Source of the DNA: Mustelus asterias
Lineage: Eukaryota
DNA length: 64,000 bases
Assembly: GCF_964213995.1 (NCBI RefSeq)
Contig: NW_027590205.1
Coordinates: 62,001-126,000 of the forward strand
Reading direction: 5' to 3'
The notes beneath the pieces are model-generated. The model was not told where the DNA came from, searched no databases, and worked only from the letters and a program-made list of their open reading frames with translations. Both the position numbers and the translations under genes were made by a program. Positions 38,061 through 51,418 of the stretch are shown here, piece by piece; position 1 is the first letter of the stretch; each line of letters opens with the position of its first letter.

Positions 38061-38538
38061 TTAGTCCTACTCCTTGTCCAACAGGTTCAAGATTCTTGCT
38101 CCTGCTGTTGACGAGGGCGAGGACTGTAGGACAGATGAGCGAAGTGGCCACAGTACCGTGGGCCAGGGAGCCATTCAAGTGGGGTAGAAAGGAGGAATCT
38201 AGTCGTAATCGGCGATCGTATAGTTAGGGGCATAGACAATGTTCTCTGTGACCAGGAGCGATAGTCCTGTAGATTGTGTTGCCCCCTGGTGCCAGGTTTC
38301 GGGTCACCTCCTCTGGACTGCAGAGAAATTCGGAATGGGAGGGGGAAAATCCAGTTGTCATTTTTGACGTATGTACGAATGACACAGGCAGAACAAGGAT
38401 GCACATTCTGCTAAGGGAAGATGAATAGCCAGGTTCTAAACTCAAAATCATAACCAAAAAGGTAATAATCTCTGGATTAATATCTGAGCCATGAGCTAAC
38501 TGGGACACGATTAATGAGATTAAAGAGGTAAACGTGTG

Positions 38539-39455
38539 TGTAAGGGGAAAAATTCTAATAGGTTAGTAAAGATTTTTAGACATTTAGAAATGAGGACACT
38601 GACAGAACTGACAGCATTAAGTTAAATGACTTTGAAACAGATTTATAAAGTAACACGAAAGCAGTTTGCACATATATGAAATGCAGTAAGAGATTAAACA
38701 AGTGATTATGATTTAAAGATTTGAATGTATTAATATATTTTTAAGAATCATTGTTCACTTTAGCCAAAGGCAGTATGCTGCGAAGCATTATGGTAAAGGG
38801 TATTAGGGCAGAGCCATATTCTAAAAAAATATTAAAACCTTGAGAATATGCAAGTTTCATCAGTAGAGCTTCGAATGGAAAGAACATTCAGAACACTTAA
38901 ACAAATTTTATGAATAGGGTATATTCACTGTCCAGATAAAATGGATGCATGCCCAAACGTGGAGTCAAGTGTTAATCTGGTTTGGCAGTGACCTGCAGAG
39001 GAACTCATTGGAACGTGCCCTTTGAACTTTGGGGCTGGTGTCTGGTTACTATGGGATACAGAAATCTGGGTTAGCCAAGGCACGAGTTTGCGTCTGAATT
39101 CTAAGGACTAAGGAACTGCCATTTTGCCAGAAGGTAAGATGTGATTGGCAAAGGTATCTAATATAAATTATTTCTGGTTTAAGTATATTGAAGATGATTA
39201 ATTTAAAGCTAATGAAAGGCGGGAGTAATCAATGAGGAAAACTATAATTGGCCTGATTTGAATTGTATACGTCAGATTTCATTGGAGAGGACTAGATGCT
39301 CTATATCAGAGCTGCCCTGACCCTTTAATTATTTCTCTTGGTGGCCGCTGGTCAAAATAAAGGTTACATCTTTAAACTGAGACACTGGCTTCGTCGGTCC
39401 TGTATTGTCTGAGATTTACTGACGGTATCTGACCACCTCGAAAAACCAACCAACA
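38539..39455 (+). mobile_element. Solo LTR (917 bp) with 5-bp TSD GTGTG
   Basis: Begins TGTAAGGGG and ends CCAACA; GTGTG at 38534-38538 and 39456-39460; AATAAA near 39356; interrupts CR1 ORF1. Confidence 0.85.
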
Positions 39456-40234
39456 GTGTGGTTCATAGTTTCACGTGGGAGAAATGTGTTCGAATTCATG
39501 GAACATTAGCACCAGTATTTGTGCAGGAAGGAGCTGTTGCATCGGTGCGGACTCAATCTGAATCATGCTGGCGAATAACTAGGGCTGTAAATAGGGCTTT
39601 AAACTAAACAGTGGGGTCAGGAGGAATCAGTGTTCAGTTCCATGTAATAATAAAAAATATCGAAGTTAAAGGAGAAGGTTGGAGTGAAGGTTAACGATGA
39701 AACTGATTGTTACCAGAAAATAAAAGGAAGGGACAGAACGTGTGGACATCATAGGACACCAGGAAATCGTGCAAGAATAGGGAAATTTGATAACAGAACA
39801 AACTTAAAGGCTTTGTACCTCACTGCACGAAACTTTGGGAATAAAATTAATGAGTTAATTGTACAAATTTAGAGAAATGTGTATGAATTCATGGCGATTA
39901 CTGAGACATGGTTGCAGGCAAAACAAGATTTGGGAATTGAATATCCAAGGGTACTCAATATTTCGGACGGATAGACAGAAATGAAATGAGATGCTGCAGT
40001 AATATTTAGGTCCCCAAACAGCCGTTTGGCAGTGAAGCATAGTATAAATGAGGAAATATTGGGGGCTTGTAAGAAAGGTACGTCAATAATCATGGATGAT
40101 TTTAATATGCATGTAGAGTGGATTTATCAAATTGGCAAGGGTAGCCTCGAGGGAAAGTTCATTGAATGTATTAGAGATTGCTTCTTGCAGAAATATGTTG
40201 TGGAACCAACGAAAGAGCAGACCAATCTTGATTT

Positions 40235-41448
40235 TCCACCCAATGTGGTGGACACGGCTCTCAACCGTGTCCCACACATCTCCCAGGCTACTGCTCTCAC
40301 ACTCTCTCCTCCCTCCCAAAACCAGGATAGGATCCGCTTTATACTCACTTTCCAGCTCACACGCCTCCGCATTAAAAGAATCATCCTCCGCCATTTCTGC
40401 CAACACCTGCATAATGTTACCTTTCAACCCAATTTCCCCTCAACCACCCCCCCCCCCCCTGCCAGTATTACACAGGGATCATTCCCTCTGGGGCACCCTT
40501 TTCCACTTCTTCATCACACCTAGCAACTCACCCACCGCCAGTGGCGCTTTTCCATGCTACCATAGAAAATGCTATACCTGCCCCTTCTTCTGCTCCCTCC
40601 TCAGCATCTTAGGCCCCAAAAGCTCTTTCCCGGTGTAGGAGCGCTTCACGTGCATCTTCTTTAATCTGGTCTATGGCATTCGCTGCTCGCGATGCTGCCT
40701 AACCTACATTGTAGAGAACAATGCAGAGTGATTTGCAGAATAATTCTGGTCTGTCCACAAGCAGGACCCAGATCTTCCTGCAGCTTCGACACACCACCCT
40801 GTTCTCCTATCCACACGTCTGTCCTTGCCCTCTTCCAATGTTCCAGTGAAGCCCAACGTAAAATGAAGGAACAGCACTTCATCTTCAGATTAGACAAATT
40901 ACAGCCTTCTGGACTGAGGATTGAGTTCAACAATTTCAGAGCATGAACTCTCTACTCCACCTCCACGCCATCTTCTTTTCATCGCATTCGTCCATATTTT
41001 ATCATTTTCTACTTTTACTTCTATTTATCAACATCTAAAATATCGCTTTTCATTTTACTTCATCTACCCATCCCTCTCCCCATTCCACTACGGACAACTG
41101 CCACATTCATAGACTGTGCACTTTCAGTTCTGCCATTTACACATTCCAATCTCTTAATGGACGCTCTTAGCAACATTCTCAGCCTTGATCATCACCATTT
41201 ACATTCCCTTTGTCGTTCTGTCTATGCTATTTGTTTCAATTATAGTTCCCCACCCCCAGAAAAAACCCACACTCACAGTATACATCTTGTCCAACTTTCC
41301 TTGTCTTCAGCTCTGAGGAAGGGTCACCCTGACTCGAAATATTGGCTCGATTCTCCCTCCACAGATGCTGTAAGATCTGCTGAGAGTTTTGCAGCATTTT
41401 CTGTGTTTCTTTCAGATCCCAGCATCAGCAGTATTTTTTTATTATAGG
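40235..41448 (+). mobile_element. Penelope-like element 3' part nested in CR1
   Basis: FPPNVVDTALNRV..QDRIRFILTF and EAQRKMKEQHFIFRL..LQPSGLRIEF (GIY-YIG end); terminus with CTGAGGA...GAAA; diverged ~20-bp TSD at 40215-40234 and 41449-41468. Confidence 0.78.
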
Positions 41449-43339
41449 GAGCAGACTATTCTGGATTTGGCATTGTGTAATCAGCAGGGATTAAATAATG
41501 ATCTAATAGTTAAGGATCCTCTAGCCAAGAGTGATCATAGTTAGATAGAATTCCAAATTCAGTTTGAGGACGAGAAACTCGAGTCCCACACTAGACTTCT
41601 GCAGCTAAACATAGGGAACTACGAAGACATGAGGACAAAATTGGCCCGAGTGGACTGGGAAAGAAGACTAAAAGGCAGGACAGTTGATGATCAGTGGCAA
41701 ATGCTGAAGGGGACAATTAATTCCTCCCAACTAAAATACATTCCCATGAGGAATACAGTAAGAGGGGGAGAAATATCCATGGCTAAGCAAGGAAACTAAA
41801 GATAGCATGAAAAGAAAAGCTAATGCATATCATATTGCAAAGGCCTGTGGCAGACTGGAGGATTGGGAAACTTGTAATGATCAACAATGGGTTACTGAAA
41901 AGTAACAAAAAGATCCAAGGTAAATTATGAAAGAAAACACGCACAACATTTAAAGAAGTACTGCAAAAGCATCTTAAATACCTAAAAGTGAAGAGTGGAG
42001 CGAATGTGATTGTTGGACCCTTGGAGGATTCGACTAGGGAATTAATCGTGGGGGAAATAGAAATGGTGGAAACTCTCAATCAATAGCTTGCCTCAGTTAT
42101 CACGCTGGGCAAATCGAGCACCATCGCAATAGCAACAGGAAATGCAGAGGTAATAGAAAGGAAGGAACTGAGAAAAATCATGATCAATAGTGAAAAAGTG
42201 TTAAGCAAACAGTTGGGATTGAAGACAGTCAAGTCCCCAGGGCCGAATCGCCTACAGCTTATGGTCTTAAAGAAAGTGATAGTAGGCACATTGGTTATAA
42301 TCGTCCAAAATTTCCTGGATGTGGGAACGGTTCCAGTGGGTTGGAAAAAAGACAATATAATGCCCATATTCAAAGCGGGAAGGAGACATAAGGTATAAAA
42401 CCAGACACCAGCTAGTTTGACACCTGTCGTTCTAAAGTTATTAGAATCCATTTTTAAGATTGTAGTAACGGGACAATTAGAATGCCAAAATGCATTCCAT
42501 TAGAGTCAGCATGGTTTTACGTAGGGCAAATCGTTTTGACTAATTTGCTAGAGTTCTTCGAAGATGTAACAAGCAAAGTGGACTCTGGGGATCCTGTAGA
42601 TATGGTATATCTATACTTTCAGAGGGCATTTGTTAAGGTACCATACCTTGAAATGCAAAAGATAGTGTGTGTATGCGTGCGTGCGCGCGTCCGAGTGTGT
42701 GTGTGAGTATGTATGTGAAATAAGAAGAGAGTCCAACAGAGGGAGATTGCTGGAAGTGAGAGACTCTGTGTGTATCTGTGTCTGTGTGCTTGTGTTTGGG
42801 TATGACTGCCTTCTTGCGAGTCTTGCCTTTTCGCTGCAATTAATCTTTTACACCGTGCCGCTATTTAATGATCACAGCCGTGTTTCTGCAACGCCCTTCT
42901 GAAAAGATTTCAGAACTACTGTGTTCCAAAGCAAAGCAGGAGATTGCTGATGGAGAAATTCTTATTTCTTCCATCAGGTGGCAGGAAAGCCAACAAAATG
43001 TCCACCCCCCACCTCTTGGTGTCTCTGTTTCACTGTCCTCTATCACACTCTTATCTCTCAATTCCAATGCCTGTATCAATGTGTTCGGTCTCACTTTCAT
43101 TACAGTGGACACAGTGAGAACGCAGTCTAAGACGCTGCTCCTAATTGTCGCATTCTCCATTGACTCCACTCTTGTTACAGATGTTTTGGTAATACATCGT
43201 GTACAAACAAGCTGGCTTCATAGTTCCTATTTCGGTGGAAGCCTAATAACTGCACTTCCTCTTCAGGCCTGTTCCTCACTATAAAGAAGCGAGTCAAGAT
43301 ATATTGTACTATTCTACCCATTGCAAATACAACTTGCAG

Positions 43340-43391
43340 ATGGACCACCCACGAGGGTTAAAAGCTTTCATTCTAGCAGCAATCATATCAG
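43340..43391 (+). CDS. Leader exon of TCR alpha/delta-type V
   Basis: MDHPRGLKAFILAAIIS plus phase-1 donor GTGAGT; CTATAAAG about 60 bp upstream; intron holds a SINE (43517-43800). Confidence 0.75.
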
Positions 43392-44094
43392 GTGAGTTAC
43401 ACTTCACATTCTCATTGATTACCTCTCAAGAAAGCCTTTTATTCTTCCACATTTAATGTTGCTTTTAGAGAAAAAGTAGAGCAATATTCGCAGTGGTTGG
43501 ATTTAATTAATTATTAGGGGCGGCATTTTGGCACAATGTTTAGCACTGCTGCCTCACAGCGCCAGGGACCCGGATTCGATTACCGGCTTGGGTCACTGTG
43601 CAGAGTCTGCACGTTCCCCCCATGTCTGCGTGAGTTTCCTCCGGGTGCTATGTTTTCCTCCTGCAGTCCGAAACATGTGCTGATTAGGTGCATTGGCCGT
43701 GCTATTCTCTCCCTCAGTGTAATAGAACAGGCGCTGGAGCGTGGCGACAGTAACTTCATTGCAGTGTTAATGTAAGCCCACTTGTGACACTGATAAATCA
43801 ACTTAATTTAGTTATTCTCATTGATTTCCTTTCAATAAATTATTTTATATTCTTATATTTAATGTTGATCTTTCGAGATAAGTACACAGCAATATTACTG
43901 GTGACTGAGTTTATTTAATGATTGGAATTTTACAAATAGTTATTTAAAAGCTTCAGTAGTGAGAAAAGGCAGTGGGAACTAGGGCCAACCTCCATTGGGC
44001 ACACCCCATCCTCCCCCTCCCCCGCAGCTCCCCAGTTTCAAATCGATAGAGTGCCTGGAACCTCCACTTAATTCTAATTTTCTCTATCCTTCAG

Positions 44095-44414
44095 GTAGCC
44101 TGGCTGCATCCGCAGTCATCCACCAGCCGGAGGCAGAGGTGAGGGTCCAACAGGGAGCCACCACGACAATCACCTGCTCATACACAGAGGTGGAGAGAGC
44201 TTGCTTGGTCTGGTACCGGGAACCTCTCCACCCAGCCATGGGGGGAAGTCCCGAGTATATTGTCGTCCGCTGCACCGATGGTTGCAGTGACAGCGCCACA
44301 TTTTCCAGGCGTCGCTTTTCCTCCTCCCTGAGCAAAACTTACAGAATCATCAGTCTGACAGTTGCACCGGTGACAGCTGAGGACTCCAGGAAATACTTCT
44401 GCATCTTAAACACA
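44095..44414 (+). CDS. TCR alpha/delta-type V exon, cysteine-rich
   Basis: Acceptor CCTTCAG; GSLAASAVIHQPEAEVRVQQGATTTITCSYTEVERACLVWYRE..PEYIVVRCTDGCSDS..RFSSSL..SLTVAPVTAEDSRKYFCILN; open frame with canonical C, W and C. Confidence 0.85.
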
Positions 44415-44453
44415 CACACTCGCACATTCCAGGCAGCAACCTCTACGTAAACT
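44415..44453 (+). other. Non-consensus 23-bp RSS
   Basis: CACACTC, 23 nt, ACGTAAACT. Confidence 0.7.
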
Positions 44454-46138
44454 GTAGGTTCCTCTCCCAGGCAATGGGGACGCTGGGCATGATTTGTAGC
44501 CCCATTGTCCAATGTCGGTGTTGTAGAATTGCAGCATCAACACAGGGATGGACAGGCAGACAGATGTGAATTAGATTCTTAGACACATCAGCTGATTCAG
44601 TAACACACAAAACAGATATATGGCCACTAGACAGCTAGATAAATAGAGTGGTAAACACAGGAATTGATGCATTCACATACAAAGCAGATATATGGTCACT
44701 GGACAGTTAGGTAGATAGAGTTATAGACACGCGAACTGATGACTTAAAGAAGACAAATATATGGTCACTGGACAGTTTAGTGGATAGTTTCATCGACAGA
44801 TTGACTAACACACAAAGATATATGGACACCAGAGAGTTAGATAGATTAGCAGCCACATCAACTGCTGGACTAGCACGCAAAGTGGATGTATGGTTACCAG
44901 AGACTGATTTACAGGTGATGGACGGCTTGGGGTCACAGTCTGTGCAGAGTTTGCACGTTCCTATCGTGTCTGCATGGGTTTCCTCGTGATGCTCCAGTTT
45001 ACATCCACTGTCCAAAAGACATACTGGTTGGGTGCTTTGACCATGCTAACTTCTCCCTCAGTGTGCCCGGGACAGGCGCCGCAATGTGGCAACTAGGGGA
45101 TTTCCATAGTAACTTCATTGCAGTGTTAATGTAAGCCTACTTGTGACACTAACAAATAAACTTTATGAATAAATAAGCAGGAAGGCACAGTGTGATCAGT
45201 TCTGAACAAGAGATGGGTACACGCTGACTTTTATACATGAAGAGAGACTTTGAAGAATGTGATTACACCAGAGAGGGTGCAGAGGAGGCTGACAAGGATG
45301 CTGCCTGGGCTGGAGCGTTTCAGCGATGAAGAGAGGCTGGTTAGTCTGGAGGTACTTTCCTTACAGCAGAGAAAATGAGGAGGGGGGTGGAACTGATTGA
45401 GGTGTATAAAATTAGGAGGGATATAGATATTGTGAATAGGAAGGGACATTTCCCCTTCGTGGAGAGGTCAATAACAAGGCGACATAAATTTAAGGTAATG
45501 GTCAGCAGATTTAGAGTGGATTTGGGATCAAAACACTTTCACCCAGTGGGTGGTGGGAATCTGGAACTGACTGCTTGAAAGGGTGGTACAGGCGGTAACC
45601 CCTCAACACATTTAGGAAGCATTCAGATGAGCATTTGAAACGCTATAGCATGCAAGGCTACGGACCAAGTGCTGGGAAATTGGACCATTGTCCATTTCCA
45701 CTTGTGCTCACAGTCCAGCTGCAGCCAATGTGTTTGGGGTCTCTCACACCAGGACCAGAGCCTTTCTGATTTCACCAGGGCTAGTGCATTCGGTTGCACT
45801 TTGTCCCTTAGAATATTATTGTTCTAACTGAGTGACACTATTGCTGAGGAAAGGGGCGAATCTCGAGATGAATGAGACAGTAATCACAATTTGCTGCAAA
45901 AATGAACATTTGTGACATTGGAATTATTCAATATTTGGCCCTTGCTGCTTTAAGAAAAAGACACAATTATTATTGGCTCTAAAGAATGTGTTATCGGTTG
46001 CAAATTCTGGGTATGTTCTTGCAGAAACTGCTATTGTTGTGCAAAGGGACCTTGGTGTCCCAACACACCAATAACTGAAAGCAACTTGCAGCGACAGCAA
46101 GCAGTTTGAAATGCACCTTGTTCCTCCTGTTCTTGACC

Positions 46139-46933
46139 ATGAGGTTAACAATGTTACTCGGACTATTGGAGGGTTCCTTCTGCAGTGAGCTGCTTGACAT
46201 TTCCCCAAATTCCTGCTGTGTGTGTTTGCTGAACCTCACCTTTCAGTGGTGTGTTACAGGGGAAGGAATCATCATAGAATCCCTACAGTGAGAAGGAGGC
46301 TATTTCACCATTGAGTTTGCACCCAGGCCCACTCTGCCATGTCCCCGTAACCCCTGCTAATCACCTAATCGAGACATCTACCGATATTTAGGAACACGTT
46401 AGCACGATAAATCCACCTAGCGTGCATATCTTTGGACTGTGGAAGGAAATTGGAGCATTCAGAGGAAACCCACGCAGGCACGGGGAGAACGTCTAAACTC
46501 CACACAGATAGTACTCAGGCCTGGAATAAAAACCACTGTGCCACCGATCCGCCCATCACAATAATGGATGTCTCTTTGACTTTAACAGGTGTCCAGTCGG
46601 AAGTAGTTCTGACGCAGCCAGAGGCAGAGAAGTGGTTCCCAGTGTAGTCCCTGTCCCTGACCTGCAATACCAGCGGCTTCGACTTCAGTGGCTATTGGCT
46701 GTACTGGCACTGTCATGGTCCCTGAAAGAGGCCAGACTGGCTAGTTTCCTACTATGATGAAGACTTCCATTGATACTGTGGGGAGACTCGAGGACGATTC
46801 ACTGTTTCCAAAGAGCTTGCACACAATATATTTGCTTTGGATGTCAGGTTTCTGACGATGGAGGAAACAGCTGCTTATTAGAGTACACAGTTAACACAGT
46901 GAGGCGGGTCAGCCCCAGATTTGTAAAAAAAAA
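46139..46933 (+). pseudogene. IgH-like V pseudogene (leader 46139-46184, V exon 46589-46894, 23-RSS 46895-46933)
   Basis: Leader MRLTMLLGLLEGSFC; VQSEVVLTQPEAE..SLTCNTSGFDFSGYWLYW..GRFTVSKE; four in-frame stops; second Cys lost; CACAGTG, 23 nt, poly-A nonamer; SINE in the intron. Confidence 0.87.
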
Positions 46934-48619
46934 ACCCAAACTAGAGGAACTGCACACAGTTTGTCCCCTTCATCAAACTCCAATAGATTCATTGCTGACA
47001 ACAATCCATGGAACCATAGTGTTACTCTACCACACAGAATAAGGCCATCCATCTAATGTACGGATAATATCACACCCGGACAGTCACTTCCTCATAAATC
47101 TCATGTGGTTTAAGTTTGCTAAGTGGAATGAAATTTTTGTAATATCACTCAAACTTTTCAAATCCTGACAGGGCTGGTCAGACTGGATTCAGGAATGTTG
47201 CTTCCTCTGGCTCCGGGGTTTGGGGAGGGGGGGGGCGGTGGACGGGGGGGGGGGGGGGGGGAGGGGGGGGAGGGGGTGGAGCGTCTAGAACAGAGTGTCA
47301 GCGTTTCAAAATATGTGATAGGTCATTTATGAGAAATGTCTTCACTCAGAAGCTGTGGAACTCTCCACCTCAGGAAGTTGCGGAGGCCAAGTATCTGAAT
47401 ATATTTAAAAATGAAATAGATAGATTTCTAGACTCTAAAGGTGTGAAGGGTTGTAGGGAGAAAGGAGTATTGCAATAGAAGATCAGCCATGATCATAATG
47501 AATGATGGAGCAGGCTCTAAGGGCCGAATGATCTATTCCCGCTCCTATTTTCTGTGATTCAATGCTAACAAGTCGACCATGTGGTGCTTTAACAAGTATC
47601 ATTGGAAAGTGTACAGCCGCAGCATGGAACATATTATCATGATCCAAGATATTAGGCTTAATCGCCTATAAAAGCTATCCGGATCTGCACCGGATGTTCT
47701 CTAACCTCCAAGACGACGGACCAGATGCCACTATGCTACTGCGGCCCGTTGACTGAATGAATGAAGCTCCAACAACACTCAAGAAGCTCGACACTATTTA
47801 GGACAAAGCAATTCAGTTGATGGCAACCAATTCCACAAATACACACATTGGCAGACGTGGCACAGTGGCAAACATTTAGACATCCAGGAACTCGCTAAGG
47901 CTCTTTAGGCAGCACTTTCCAAACCTACAAACACTGCCATCTAGGGGATAAGAGCAGCAGATACCTGGGACCACCACGACCTGGAGGTTCACCTCCAAAT
48001 CACTCCCATCCAAACTGGGAAAGATTCTCCAGACTACACACGTAACTACAGAATAATGGATTATTCTTTACACAGCTGGGATCTGGAATGCATTGCCTGG
48101 ATGAAGATTCAACAACAAATTTCCTTGAGCATTGGATATATTGCTTGAATTGGAATATGAAGCGATCTGTGGAATGTACAGGGGAGATTATCGGTGTTGT
48201 TATGTCAGTGAATTGAATGGGCAGTTTGGACAGCATGTGACGGTCATGCTAAGAGCCTACCTTATTAAATCATTCTGCTCAAGCAACATGGAATCAGTCC
48301 CCTAATGAAAATAATGTTCCAGACGGTACTGTTAACGGAAACATGAGGAATATGATTCAATTCGCCCTGAGTAACAATGAATCTTTGCAGCTTTATTTAA
48401 CAATGCAAATTCCTTGGCGCCCATTCTGTATTGATATGGATATATTGTCACGTGTTGACAGTGTCTTCTATTCTAATTGGTGGCTTGTCAAAACCCTCCC
48501 CCTGCCCTTGTACAAACCGTTGTGACTAACGATCAGAAGTTAAAGATCAGCCAGTGCTCTGTTCAGTGAATGACTGGAGGGTGTCCCGGGAGGAGGGTGT
48601 CTAAGTTAACACAAGCTCC

Positions 48620-48671
48620 ATGAGCATGGCGCTAGCAATATCTCTCAGTCTGTTTCTTGGTTTCTTATCCT
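48620..48671 (+). CDS. Leader exon of IgH-like V
   Basis: MSMALAISLSLFLGFLS plus phase-1 donor GTGAGT. Confidence 0.9.
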
Positions 48672-48789
48672 GTGAGTAGCGGATATTTTCAGAAAGTTTC
48701 CACAGTTTCTGTTTAAAATTAATCATTCCCTGTGGCGTGACACAAACTGGATTCACCTCACCATAATTATTGTTTCTTTCCGTTAGCAG

Positions 48790-49094
48790 ACGTCCAGTCG
48801 GATGTGGTGTTGACCCAGCCAGAGGCAGAGACGGGGATAATAGGGCAAACCCTGACCCTAACCTGTAAAACCAGTGGATTTGATCTTGGGAGTTACACCA
48901 TGCTTTGGTACCGACACAGTCCCGGGAAGGGACCGGGCTGGCTCCTTTGGTACTACAATGAAAATAGCAAGAATTACAATCCGGAGTTTGGTGAACGAAT
49001 CACTGCGTCCAAGTACCTTTCCACCAGTGTATTCGTGCTCTCTATTAGGACTTTAACAATGGGAGACAGCTCTACGTATCACTGTGCACAACGG
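48790..49094 (+). CDS. IgH-like V segment in a TCR locus (TAILV-type)
   Basis: VQSDVVLTQPEAETGIIGQTLTLTCKTSGFDLGSYTMLWYRHSPGKGPGWLL..ERITASK..GDSSTYHCAQR; FR1 resembles shark IgM VH; frame open. Confidence 0.9.
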
Positions 49095-49133
49095 CACAGT
49101 GATATAGATCACACCCAGACCTGTACAAAAACC
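49095..49133 (+). other. Consensus 23-bp RSS
   Basis: CACAGTG, 23 nt, ACAAAAACC. Confidence 0.95.
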
Positions 49134-51418
49134 CACGAGAGGAATTGCAGCCATTTCCCTGCTTTTATTTTCATTCATGGGATGTCCACCCTTAATTTTC
49201 CTTGAATTAAATGGTTTGTTCGGCCATATCAAATGGTGTTTGAGAGTCAACCGCATTGTTGTGTGGATATGCCGTCACAGGTAGGCCAGGTCAAATAAGG
49301 AAGGTAGATATCTTTCCTTAAATGGTATCCGTGAATCAGATCAGTCTTTACAACAATCGACAATTGTTTCATGGTAGTCATTAGATTTTTGATTCCAGAT
49401 TTTTACTTAATTCAAATTTCAGTATCAGTCTTTGTGGGATTCGAGCCCCCTTTGCACAGTAGTTATTCCATTGATCTATGTTCTTACGTGGAACACCACC
49501 CCCGACTGAACATCTGGAAAAGTGAAGAAGCACTGATTATGGAGGGGGTGGGGCGAGGGGGGGGGGCGGTGGGGTGGGGGGGGGCGGTTGAATCCAGTTC
49601 GAGTAATCTCACCAGGGAGGAGGAACATCGAGATGGAGACGTTGCAAAACTTCTGAAACTGTCGAGCTTCCTACAGGATCTGAAAGCAGGAAACACAACC
49701 AAGAGCTATCACTCAAAATATTCTCCTGGAGCCTGTGTTGATTTAGACACAAACCAGATTCCACCCCCACCCCCTCCCCACCCTTCCCCTCCTGGTCAAT
49801 CACTGAACAAAGAACCGGGGAGTTTTCAGATACTTTTACTCAGTATGCTTTTGTGCCGTTAACAATACTGTCCCGAGCATAAACCCCAATCGGTGACTGA
49901 TACCCAGGATGTTTTTTGGTTATGTTTCAGTCAGATAGGATTGTAAAGTTATATCCATCACATTCCATTGAAACCACTGATTCGATTCAGGACAATCCGA
50001 ATGGTCTCACTGCCCCACTTATTACACACATACATTTATGTTCCCGCTGAAACCGTCTATTCCATCCTCAACGGAAGTTACCACTCAGAATGCATCCAGC
50101 ACCCATCCAGGCTTGCCTTTCGGAGTACGCTGGATATCATTTATATAAAATATCCAAGGAGAGGCAGTTGCATTGGCGGGAAGAAAAATGTCAAAATGAC
50201 GCAGGTTTAAGACGATTTGCTCCAGTTTAGAGTGGCCCCAGAGTAGCGTCGGTGTTGCCTGGCAAGTTGCAATGTTTCAGGAGCTGCCCATTAATTAGGG
50301 CGGGGGGATTGGTTCCATGGTGATTTTCAAAGGAGAGACAGTTCAGTGTTGGCAATGTCTATATTTGTAAATGCTTTGTGCCAATTGTACGAAGGTGGGA
50401 ACAAGTCGGGAAAGACTTTGACTGATAAAATCTCTCAACCAGGTCAAATAGAAGGTTCATAGGAATATCACGACATCGGACTTCTTTTCCATGGTCGCTG
50501 CTATCCTGCTCAATCAGTATATGTTGAATTATTAGTGGTCATCGGATGTCGATGCTGGACTATGGGGAGATGGTGGCCCACTGGTATTGTCATTGGATCA
50601 ATAATTCAAAGACCCAGGTTACTGATTCGGGGAAGAAAGGTCAAATCTGACCAAGGCATTTGGTGAAATTTGAAAACAATAAAATAAAATCTAATGACGA
50701 CCATTGTCGATGGCTCTAAAACCCCATCTTGTTCATTAATGCGGCTTTGGGGAAGGAAATGTGCCGTCCTTACCTGGCCTGGCATAGACGTGACTCAAGA
50801 TACAGAGTAATGTGGTTGAAACTGAAATGTTTCTGTTAATGGCAACACTCAGAATTTTTCAAGTATGAAAGCAGCATTTGAGAAGCATCGAGATGAACAC
50901 TTCAAACCTTTTATATACAAGGCAATGGACTAAGTGCTGGAACACGGAGCTGTTTGATGGCCAAGACAAACAAAAATGGATGAAGGGCTGTAAAATTCCA
51001 TGGCCTAATGACTAACTCACCAGCTCCCCTTTCAATTCGGCTATGGGACATTAAACGCCTAACAGAGAAGACAAATGATTTTATATCATATCCAAAAGTG
51101 GATGTGTGACATTGTATAACTTCCTCAGTTTTGACATTGGAGCAGTGGAATTGGGCTGGAATCCCCAACGATTTCGAGATGATAACCTTACACATTTAAC
51201 CAGGAGAAATGAGGTGCGGAAGTTGATCATTACTGAGACAGGAGACAGCTGAAACCTGCAGTGTGCAGAAAAACCTGCATTGTAGCCACTTCTCAAACCT
51301 CCTTCGACAGTACATTAAATCCCACGAGCTCTACCTTCCAGAAGGCCAGGGCCAGCAGACACATTGGAATCACCATCACCTGGAGGTTGTTAATGTGCCA
51401 GAGAAAAAAACACAAGTA

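Larger units (their letters stand above)
38065..42650 (+). mobile_element. Old degenerate CR1 (esterase-like ORF1 plus ORF2 remnants) hosting nested insertions
   Basis: Remnants such as KKVIISGL, ITETW, DFN, KSPGP and NLLEFFEDVT; sequence resumes across both insertions. Confidence 0.75.

Noticed and set aside
42868-43284. 138-aa ORF with an isolated CACAGTG at 43110
   Set aside because: No Ig-domain C/W/YxC pattern and no nonamer at 12 or 23 nt
51230-51276. Nonamer-like AGAAAAACC
   Set aside because: No CAC heptamer at the correct distance and no V exon upstream
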